Source of the DNA: an uncultured virus (IMG/VR IMGVR_UViG_3300006923_003182)
Taxonomy: Duplodnaviria; Heunggongvirae; Uroviricota; Caudoviricetes
Strand: one strand, 5' to 3'
Virus record (IMG/VR): IMGVR_UViG_3300006923_003182
Span: 52,001-72,000 of that record
Length of the DNA: 20,000 nt
Under the pieces are notes generated by a model. It searched no databases and was not told the DNA's origin. It saw only the letters and a program-made list of their open reading frames with translations. A program made the translations under genes and the position numbers. Below, in pieces: positions 11,101 to 16,411 of this stretch (position 1 is its first letter; each line of letters opens with the position of its first letter).

Positions 11101-12565
11101 CATCTCCCTCTGAAAATACCTCTCCGTAAGAGAATTCTATTTTCACCTCTTGGCCGCCGAGATCTCTCACCTTGCTGGCGACAACATCTCCTCCATCAAC
11201 ATAATAGTCTAAATTATTCTCAAATACGTCTCTATAGTAATATTGCGCAGCGAGGCTTTTAGACCCAGTTCCAGATACCCCGTCTCCAACGATTATTACC
11301 TCTCCGGTTTCGTAATTTATCGAGTACTCGCCCTCCAGCATCGGGAGTCTTGATGTATTAAACTTTAGTTCTTTTAAAAATGCACTTGGAAGCCCCGGCT
11401 CTCCGGATGAATGTGAAAATGCAACCCCGCCAATCTCGGCAACTTCGTTATTAGAAAAAACAATCGGAGCATTAGACAAAAAGAATCTAGAAATATTGGT
11501 TGGAATCGATTCCTTTGCCACATGTTTTACGTTAAATACACTAACTGAATCTTCCGACACCTCAATTCCAAAGTCATTAAACGCATAAGAGATTATTAAC
11601 TTATCGCCGGGTCGTGGCTTGTCTATATTTCCAAACTCAGATATTAAAATTTGATTTGATTTCAACTCAAAGTAAGAAAGAGAATGTTCTCGATCATATT
11701 TATTATCCAGTATGGAGTACTTATATCTTTCTATATTATAATCTGTTCCTATTTCATTATTGCAATCATAAATATCATTTTCCTTTATGAGCGCTAGGGA
11801 CAATAATTTTATTATATTCTTATTTGCAAGACTAATTAAATATCCATCAAATTCGCCATCACTTGTATCTTCACTAATGTCTACGCTTACCACTCGCCTG
11901 CGGAGCGACACTGGGCCGCTTGATGGCATAGCCCCCTCCCTCGCCTCTCCGCCAGAAGACAGGTCTATTGCTCCGAATCTCGACGGAAAGCCTTCGGGAA
12001 TCTTCGAAACCCTATCCACACTATACGATCCTTCGTTTCCAAGGCGGTCTGTGGCGCCCGCGCCTCTTGTTCTTAGCTCGTTAATTACAGTTTCTGATAT
12101 GTAGTTGTCGCTTAACACCTCTCCGATGTGCTTTTGGGCCTTATATATTTCATCAGCTTGGGAGCTAACTATATCTTTTATTAATGTATTTTCTAGGCTA
12201 TATAGATGCGGAACTTCTTCGAAAATTCTATCGCGAATCGGATTATATGAGTCAATTCCTATAAAAAAGATCTCTCTTGAGTTATCATCATTTATTAAAG
12301 ACGCGCCCCTCTCTGAAGAAAATGGAGAGTCGTCAGTATCAATCATTTTAAGTAAATAAAAGTTTCCAGAAACCTGTGGTCTGGTTTTTATCTCTATGCT
12401 CTTATCTTTTACCGATACACTCAATATCTCCAGGTCATCTATATTCCCGCCCAGGGATGTTATCGTAAAGTTACTGGCTGAAATCTTGTCGGATACGTTG
12501 TCGGTGAATACGATCTTTATCCCAGTACTAGATGTAACCGTAAAATGAGTTGGTCTTAATAACAT
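2123..12565 (-). CDS. Giant (3480 aa) baseplate wedge protein, P2 gpI/Mu gp48-like core with LamG (concanavalin-like) and Ig-like insertions
   Basis: Uninterrupted 10.4-kb ORF starting 2 nt after the J stop. gpI-type motifs: IFEEVPHLY...IVSSQADEI; LRKNFGNLTDIP...DRETYRSALLGTLEAFTSGPTVPAFKSLIESF; C-terminal LVNRLKPAH. LamG motifs: GTLSAWIRP, HHVAASW...LFLDG, FGGVIDEFKI, GSIELWVSP, WHRIICTY...MFVDG, IDNIRFS. Confidence 0.8.
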   Translation of the reverse strand: MLLRPTHFTVTSSTGIKIVFTDNVSDKISASNFTITSLGGNIDDLEILSVSVKDKSIEIKTRPQVSGNFYLLKMIDTDDSPFSSERGASLINDDNSREIFFIGIDSYNPIRDRIFEEVPHLYSLENTLIKDIVSSQADEIYKAQKHIGEVLSDNYISETVINELRTRGAGATDRLGNEGSYSVDRVSKIPEGFPSRFGAIDLSSGGEAREGAMPSSGPVSLRRRVVSVDISEDTSDGEFDGYLISLANKNIIKLLSLALIKENDIYDCNNEIGTDYNIERYKYSILDNKYDREHSLSYFELKSNQILISEFGNIDKPRPGDKLIISYAFNDFGIEVSEDSVSVFNVKHVAKESIPTNISRFFLSNAPIVFSNNEVAEIGGVAFSHSSGEPGLPSAFLKELKFNTSRLPMLEGEYSINYETGEVIIVGDGVSGTGSKSLAAQYYYRDVFENNLDYYVDGGDVVASKVRDLGGQEVKIEFSYGEVFSEGDDYRAPCHEEVSAEHVENNFTSSFSVETAHQPITNVFRIVNQTTGEVYKKLYTTDTEIHFTGRTPPKFESKKSEMAEFLKVDAEKIEPFEEFVSPAFKTTVVSGGSNSNIKIKPGIPAELIDENSKEYFIRGESDSDDLPIQFFGSPDSEGVINSVGISNSLSTPMLGSEVIIGPRVISMALSNIGILNKELDAMGVFFNSSLSFSKDDVFIEERFFSPLSSDYDINEASRSGFVSSVLSKRGDKFFENLSRITRVGDYVVDYAHGVVYLGINKSQDPLALGTAKYSCSKIITKNPNLLSSDQIAKKNRASDSIKNAAVIYEDFSLDSNSISLIDLEPSFESPEIGSTFNSHGEAVSAATVLGDYTVAMMSDIRQINGIYLKESVVGASLDSRYRSKRKSALDASLLTSFVSDGGGNIYNASHMKIDANVIDLKRHDSRYLIEKDGTYSITVKDSNISKLLSITLSKTGEELFDEKLNVTKIDDVEIVFSNSFDGTASAGIRSGSINSSIDNLEDFLLDSDGNRFEINNFDSLTSTLDVFSPAVNNVEAQEPTVGAGAKIIVKATVDIYEDRMEILIPSDAAVANGDMVDISYIDSNIPEPGDSLIVDYRYGKIFLDYSYVADDIYVSYEYGDNQIDWSISNAMIEGQDYYVSYKYGALRDALRKNFGNLTDIPFFKDFSMSTDRETYRSALLGTLEAFTSGPTVPAFKSLIESFTLIEPEITESHFGNWILGRDYLSPGGVEYSGVLDFSEGRFGSGLMINDDNIVKIPSDSNISIEEGTLSAWIRPEWAGINNDATLTINLDDIGEDRFYYNTTTDPFSLKNKFELFEISNAVGTIDYSGDGVSISNYKMVYDESGLEKVSSGEFGLKKSPPALSHFGPLRLDTSIRVDTFSLPEALGHSTDISHHMSDLDSNCVAAISISDNNKSLQILLNVKPVRDSDGNILIFETKEEHIDAVEYPSYEGPYPIRGCVCAVSNVIDNLLDFRNKDTQVIRIELDHEIDLSSFLNKNFLIDESPSVLQIVDSNGGIYEVYAFLDLAGRTVRGGIPTKIGGFIIERIPGNMQHLSAAGSKALNDYLPIGRLRVVAQSVSIPLATSALSEEIFNFENMDYLLDWSSGHVNVTTDHNPLDNVVSVLLKTHLNAGKKAQVLYSDLMSHSDSSFGHGISISAPDSMCQSVFNIGKYNYSIKNRFGLEDIFIGKTARNPMRMPFSVNKDDFPLVSSGLPHNADVSEGIFIGFDETCESPLSEDAGQWVIRSRIDKNVVIPSGAFPIYDDFSLEFSNPPAELSSFFAAGLVKYINVFGIHIFSTSLASSEKVLHVANVLAQLLDNDEDGHPDNKLVIQNLTERNSYIIVSEDRGDFDSLESRIWEDKEFNTGIVIYSNDISDEAVDPTTRMVWSLIGDVGYSNTYPDKFGLFVGSELTTAMNTARGGYYPIVPAVYPISSWYHDDNKNCDFECQISKYLYWGISSLLGEYSENEDLISEEWEITSKDQLMATDPALYSLVINSDFGFPSILPDGSYKVDRAVRSFQNTFEEIHSNYGISGKVTTNGEFSSVLRARRSEDENGCRIGAVCSSELRYCGDGLIEESGWRNIRETQSELINVITGGSSLESIPWAKVGDFSTNESGGIYRMSGGGLSGGDELIYSSLPCSGGEYSASVFFRANYIDQAGGSEFDGAISGTFSGMIPIEIGDGSISIKIALAHANFGTPLAVIMDGVDNSILDIVYLDWISNEFIGLSVDKDLDGNITISADSTILSRLAGSDFNDANLDDCDLLSEPYIAIRWLDSSVFEPASERSSSLDLSLVSFEGRHEERVSTLESNDIFINTDSKVLFSFFAGEPALFVDGYAEGYIDGYADGYIDGYADGYLSGPDYDVDEIYLNSDRFRYIYDTGEDERHGRVSLFKDGKGFLNFRIKESKSSSESGVFNIATNIKNFRPGELHHVAASWRLNTLNEQDEMHLFLDGLEAPNLYRFGGSAKIKINDKFSDIGQEVLHGFAIDNILFSDIYEDGTVSAGSSSLYSGDAGFSSDMVGRSIIIRSSGMAPTMVGEELIIGSVIDSSRVTIVSGINLNPVVFNTSASDIRFSFAPTAGIKSRIKTDLKNEKFSIYRKTCNGEEMELGGVLYSVDSGAINIISGDEIIKPSFRANVSDRTIEFVGGNVDCKSTDTIEYSDLDIHIRTFGLVLGRLKEGIWLSGSSYYSDSGFDIEKYSGKSILKTHSTPPIDLDDISMRRVVLDRMIPAIDSYETGPWGSSVDFEISLDSELGHNLLTSESGRISTQNLGRNLTLRFDSDNVIFCDDRDGYIDGYGASLGDSFIDVFGDTTDGVGVERVILRENGSVELSKTFLNVSRIAGSLGVADIDYEPCVVELVETDLITESVNGGETAEFESYRAGLFNITTAGTGGTVPFELHPGKYELDYPTRLKVSVPRIGKDSFIGTDIRGEGQFGGVIDEFKIISEMSQDTRPVATGRAGVRSITGEFNDPNRSCPDRQTLALIHFENPIELQRRRLRLKEFLNEETNFKFKLNTEQIALLLAHINNEATFVDNMMRIGFSKEDSRATYLESHAAAGGPIFNDATYYPGIGSSDISGVSVNSAFGESARFINSPPLILNNKDSYFRRDEGSIELWVSPAMDTEADDEDRYYIDIASSAMARVSASSPTSIRLPSAASKIIGIRLMRKTKEFSEFYTQEEADAILFDEIHRSQISGRLAGGTGTDKDFSVGAILSPNGREVSLREALPGHDVDVVVSYVPLEFSGDRISIYKSKFGQIVFSITASGIENAVKTNINWTKNTWHRIICTYKANSSRDNMTMFVDGIEGGTITYGTNLTYNGGITYGQQLSSRGTIASNNYKIKIVDDFRTIGVGGDILGGRSAYSRIDNIRFSRVARHIPRDIYGNYIDINYSENKESIYPIIEDDMTTAIINFTKVMADDENFASIIDPERGIYNFDIEILDDLGRITDEKTEDLIIELVNRLKPAHSNALVKFPRNHC
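5496..5563. repeat. In-frame 24-bp tandem repeat (about 2.8 copies) encoding DGYAEGYIDGYADGYIDGYADGY
   Basis: Unit tagccatcggcgtaaccatcaata at 5496-5519 and 5520-5543, plus a partial third copy at 5544-5563 with one mismatch. Confidence 0.95.
6536..7260 (-). other. Inserted ~240-aa domain in the giant protein resembling an uncharacterised zincin-like family, apparently lacking its metal ligands
   Basis: Motifs KYINVFGIHIF, KVLHVANVLAQLLDNDEDGHPDN, GYSNTYP, AMNTARGG, WYHDDNKNCDFECQISKYLYWG, DPALYSL and LPDGSY. Recognised from memory of a family of secreted microbial hypothetical proteins; not verified by search. Confidence 0.55.
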
Positions 12566-12567
12566 TT

Positions 12568-15500
12568 TTAACTTATCCTAAATTCTTCTCGTAAAACTGC
12601 CTCAAAAAGTATTAATCCGGGAGAGATGTACTGATTATCTAGAGCTTTAATAAATGATTTTCTTCCGCCAAGTCCAGACTCATTAAACATAGATATATCA
12701 ACTGAGTCGACACCCTTAACGGAGGCCGCAGAAGATATAAGATCACTGTAATCAACCACGGACCCGAGTCTCGAAGAATTTAACGTGTTAGTTATATTGT
12801 TCGAAACATCCTCGATTATGGAATTTACATTAAGTATATAATCTTCATTAATCATTATAGTTCCAGATACATCTATAGATAACTCTTCTGCAGACTTTAC
12901 GAGAACATCTGCCGTTATTGGCCTAACACTTTCGATTGCATTAGTTGCAGAAGATATTACGTCATTAACATTATAAGATATAGTTATTCTCTCCCCCTCC
13001 TTGGGGGCTACAAAAGAGTAATCTGCATAATATATATCATTGCTTCCCGGCTGGCTCATGGAATCTATCAAAATAGATCCGGAAAGCAATCCAGTCGAGG
13101 CTCTAAATCCAGATGATACAGATACTCTGTTTATTAATCCAAATCTTTTATTTGTAATGCTACTGCCAGACCCTGAAAAATATAGCTCTTCGACATCTTG
13201 GTCATTATAAACCAAGACGCTAACCCTAATAATATCGCCTGAAATCGCCGTAACACTAGAGTTATTTGGAGTGGATGGCAGGCTCACGTTGTACGCCTCA
13301 AGAGACGGCGCATAGAAAGATTTTTTAGGACTATATTTCGCACTCAACAGGCCCGCCCCGGCAATATCATATTTTAACCTGAGAGTCATGTTAGAGGACA
13401 ACAGCTGTGCCGAATCAATTCTGGCGATGCCCACTCCATTCGGAATTGTTCCCCCAAAGAAGCTTTCGAGCTCTGATTTTAAAGATATTGTCAGGCCGTC
13501 AATTGATAGCCCTGCGGTTAAATCTAGATCAAATCTTGTCAGGGTTTCTCCTGCGATCTTGATCTTTCCCGGAGAGCCTGCACCAATCACCGAGACGGCT
13601 AGTTGTGCTGGCCCAAATCTCGAAACACCTCCGGAGGCGTGGTCAAAAAATATTGGCTGCATACCCTGGGCACTATCAGACGTTACAGAAGAAAATAGAG
13701 AGTTAGAAACGTCAGAGCCGAGGATCGGCAGCGCCTCCAGGGACACTTCGCCAATAATATTTGGAATTTCTGCAACGTATTTTACAAAAATATCCGAACC
13801 CAACTGCTCCGTCTCGTCTACGAGGTCTAATACCTGCGCCTCCGATAATATGTCCTCGGAAGGAAGAGTTATTGAGTTTAGGCCGAACGATCCATTGCCG
13901 CCCTCGATGTCAAATAACTCTACCTTGTTAAAGAACGCAGTCACAGCCTCTCCGGCAGTCGCCGGAGAATCCGATGGCAAATATATGATGTTAGATGCAA
14001 ACCCGCCATCTGAAGCTTTTGTATTATAAACTTCGACCCCAGTCGAGGTAATCACCGACTCAACATTTTTTATGTCGGGGTATTCTCCGCCAAGATCTAT
14101 CCCGATTGCCCCCAAGACTCCATCTCTTGGGACGCCCCCTATGGCTCCGTCTATTGTGGATACTGAGTAAACAGAAACCACCCTACTTATTTGCTGCTCG
14201 GTGGAAACTATATACTCTATGCCATCGCTGGTCTTTTCTATTATTGCGGATTCTTTATAGATTCCATTGCTTAGCGCCCAATCTATGACGTCAGACTTTG
14301 AATCATCGAATAAGCTGCGCTCATTATCAACATGATCATAATCGATATACTTATCGAATCTTTTTCTCCATGTATACGCCGCCTCAAGAATGTCCGATGA
14401 GCTTGGAAGGCTCCGGCCTTCGATTCTTATTAGCCCGGTCTCCGATCCGCCGCCAGACAAGCTGTTGCTGCGGCCCACCACATAGGTCTCACCCGTTGTT
14501 TTATTTTTTATAGAAGAAACGCTAGTAACTGGAAAGTGATTTAATTGGATATAATCTCTTCCAGATATAGATATAGATGAGTTTTCTCCTATTATTCTAA
14601 TATCCTGGTATACGCTGCCCATATCGGACATATCGGTATATCTCAGAGCATCAGCACTATTCAGACTTGGCTTTGAAACTATTTCCCCAAGAACCTCTTT
14701 CTCTCCGGATATAAAATGAATCGAATCGAATCCAAACGGGCTTCCGCCTGTTTCTGGGTTCAGATCTTTCACTAATCTATAATTTCCAGAGGACACCCCA
14801 TTCTCATCGGTAGATTCTTCCGCGAAGACCCCCGACTGGCTTCCTACAATAGAGACTATCGAATCGACCGGCTGAAATGGAAGGTTTCCGTTTTTAAATG
14901 CCAAAACTCTACGCTCCGATGCAGTCCTTGTTGGGTCTTGCCCGGCTTGCCCGAGAATTACATCATTTCTTTCATCACTAGCTCCGCCACTACCCGATAG
15001 ATCTGTATATATAAATGACTCTGAAGATTCCACTATATTTTTTCCGAGAATGTATACATCGACTTTTCCGCCAGTTCCAGAAGATAAAATTCGACTCTCA
15101 CCGCCGTCTAATTCTATAGTTTCTGTTCCGTCTCTCGACATGAGTGTATCTCCCGGCTCCACAACTATCGCGTCCAGAACTCCCGGAGAGCTGAGCGCTG
15201 CGCTTCTATACCCAGAAGATGTTCCGGTATTTGAACCTCCAAATATAGACAAAATCCTTGCACGAAAAGAGGAGTCAACCTCTACGTTTGATCCTCCAAA
15301 TAGCGAGGTTAAATTTACAACATTAACTCCGGATCCAACATTTGATTCTATAATCTGAAGAGATGCAACATTTCCGGCAGTACCGGGGCGTGTTGCCTGA
15401 ACTGGAACTTCAATCGCATATTTACTATTTATTCCCGCTATATTTAGTGACTTTCTAAGCCTATTTGCCGTTGCTGCGAACCTTCCCTTCTCAAATGGGG

Positions 15501-15876
15501 TCATTGCATAATTGCCGATTACAGAAAACGAAACGCCATTTCTAGATCTAACGGTCGTTCCAGATGGAATTAGGATATCAGTAGAAATCGAATTTGTAGC
15601 AAAAATAACGACCCCAGATGCTAACGCTCCGGCCGCTCTTGTTATCCCAAAATTTGATGCAAGCATATCCAAATCCGCACCAGAGGTTGAGGCCAAAGAT
15701 TGTTTTTCAGATATTGCCGCCAGCGTTCTATATAGCCGATCAATTTGGTCCGCCTGAATATCTACAAACAAATCCCTAGATACAGATCCGGGCTTGGTAT
15801 CAAGATTTGGCTGAACCAATCTTAATCTTTCCAACATCGTTGCTACTACTTCGCTAAATGTTCTAAATGATGCCAT
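12568..15876 (-). CDS. Baseplate J-like wedge protein (P2 gpJ/Mu gp47/T4 gp6 family), 1102 aa with a large internal insertion
   Basis: Characteristic motifs: DTKPGSVSRDL, SGADLDMLASNFGITR, ASGVVIF...IPSGTTV, VQATRPGTAGNV, GGSNVEVDSSFRARI, GVLDAIVV, GKVDVYI, and C-terminal VRPITADVLV...LGSVVDYSDLI...VKGVDSV. It follows a gp25-like gene. Confidence 0.93.
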   Translation of the reverse strand: MASFRTFSEVVATMLERLRLVQPNLDTKPGSVSRDLFVDIQADQIDRLYRTLAAISEKQSLASTSGADLDMLASNFGITRAAGALASGVVIFATNSISTDILIPSGTTVRSRNGVSFSVIGNYAMTPFEKGRFAATANRLRKSLNIAGINSKYAIEVPVQATRPGTAGNVASLQIIESNVGSGVNVVNLTSLFGGSNVEVDSSFRARILSIFGGSNTGTSSGYRSAALSSPGVLDAIVVEPGDTLMSRDGTETIELDGGESRILSSGTGGKVDVYILGKNIVESSESFIYTDLSGSGGASDERNDVILGQAGQDPTRTASERRVLAFKNGNLPFQPVDSIVSIVGSQSGVFAEESTDENGVSSGNYRLVKDLNPETGGSPFGFDSIHFISGEKEVLGEIVSKPSLNSADALRYTDMSDMGSVYQDIRIIGENSSISISGRDYIQLNHFPVTSVSSIKNKTTGETYVVGRSNSLSGGGSETGLIRIEGRSLPSSSDILEAAYTWRKRFDKYIDYDHVDNERSLFDDSKSDVIDWALSNGIYKESAIIEKTSDGIEYIVSTEQQISRVVSVYSVSTIDGAIGGVPRDGVLGAIGIDLGGEYPDIKNVESVITSTGVEVYNTKASDGGFASNIIYLPSDSPATAGEAVTAFFNKVELFDIEGGNGSFGLNSITLPSEDILSEAQVLDLVDETEQLGSDIFVKYVAEIPNIIGEVSLEALPILGSDVSNSLFSSVTSDSAQGMQPIFFDHASGGVSRFGPAQLAVSVIGAGSPGKIKIAGETLTRFDLDLTAGLSIDGLTISLKSELESFFGGTIPNGVGIARIDSAQLLSSNMTLRLKYDIAGAGLLSAKYSPKKSFYAPSLEAYNVSLPSTPNNSSVTAISGDIIRVSVLVYNDQDVEELYFSGSGSSITNKRFGLINRVSVSSGFRASTGLLSGSILIDSMSQPGSNDIYYADYSFVAPKEGERITISYNVNDVISSATNAIESVRPITADVLVKSAEELSIDVSGTIMINEDYILNVNSIIEDVSNNITNTLNSSRLGSVVDYSDLISSAASVKGVDSVDISMFNESGLGGRKSFIKALDNQYISPGLILFEAVLREEFRIS

Positions 15877-15883
15877 CTTTAAT

Positions 15884-15887
15884 TCCT
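15884..15887 (-). promoter_or_regulatory. Shine-Dalgarno-like AGGA for baseplate J, overlapping the TAG stop of the gp25-like gene
   Basis: Minus strand TAGGAATTAAAG-ATG, 7-nt spacing; suggests translational coupling. Confidence 0.55.
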
Positions 15888-16317
15888 ATGTTAACCTTAC
15901 GGTTATAAACTCACTAACCTCTGTTAGCTCTCTGGTAATAACTGAAATGGATATATTATATAATCTTGGGTCATCAAGGTCCCTGCCTACGTTAACATTT
16001 CTAATTTCAACTATTGCCTCGCCTGGAGATAAAAATTGCCGCCTCTCTTGTGCTCTTTGCATTGCAATTAGAGTTTTAATAGCTGATTTTGCCGATGCTA
16101 TTATTTCCATGGACATCATATTTTCATCAGTATAGTGACCTACCCTTAGCGCGCCAATTATGCTACCATAATTTCTATGATATTTTACGCTGCCCTTTTG
16201 GGTTAATAATATCTTTATAAGATCTTGCTTTAACTTAGAGTTTTCAGCAACAGTATCTACCCCACCCCCCGCTACAAGCCTTAGATCTCCATTCTGTATC
16301 TTAAGATCGAACGACAT
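15886..16317 (-). CDS. gp25/gpW-like baseplate wedge subunit (sheath initiator)
   Basis: 143 aa. The pattern GDL...V....KLKQDLIKILLTQKGSVKYHRNYGS matches the GPW_gp25-type signature (L.T..G....P.YG). Immediately upstream of baseplate J, with AGGA upstream of the ATG. Confidence 0.88.
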   Translation of the reverse strand: MSFDLKIQNGDLRLVAGGGVDTVAENSKLKQDLIKILLTQKGSVKYHRNYGSIIGALRVGHYTDENMMSMEIIASAKSAIKTLIAMQRAQERRQFLSPGEAIVEIRNVNVGRDLDDPRLYNISISVITRELTEVSEFITVRLT

Positions 16318-16323
16318 TTATAT

Positions 16324-16327
16324 TCCT
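16324..16327 (-). promoter_or_regulatory. Shine-Dalgarno-like AGGA for the gp25-like gene
   Basis: Minus strand TAGGAATATAA-ATG, 6-nt spacing. Confidence 0.55.
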
Positions 16328-16348
16328 ATTAAATTAAACAATTAAACT

Positions 16349-16374
16349 TCGATATTTAAGTAAAAAATAATAGA
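16349..16374 (-). promoter_or_regulatory. Conserved bipartite intergenic motif TCTATTA-N11-AATATCGA, copy 2; candidate late promoter
   Basis: Minus strand reads TCTATTA TTTTTTACTTA AATATCGA, ending 31 nt upstream of ATG 16317 in an AT-rich gap. Confidence 0.65.
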
Positions 16375-16411
16375 AAAACTACTATCGCTGCAAAGCCCCA
16401 GCAAAGGCGGC

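Noticed and set aside
2123..12565. Inteins or introns as the explanation for the giant ORF
   Set aside because: I saw no Hint-type splice motifs (N-terminal C/S block, terminal HN followed by C/S/T) and no LAGLIDADG or HNH signatures, and the frame is uninterrupted.
15886..16317. Lysozyme activity for the gp25-like protein
   Set aside because: The 'gp25-like lysozyme' label is a legacy annotation; the family is a structural sheath-initiating baseplate subunit.
16374..16404. Possible intrinsic terminator after the 664-aa gene (minus strand TTGCTG-N8-CAGCGA followed by a T-rich tract)
   Set aside because: The stem is only 6 bp with a G-U pair, and the T-run starts 6 nt after it. Too weak to call.
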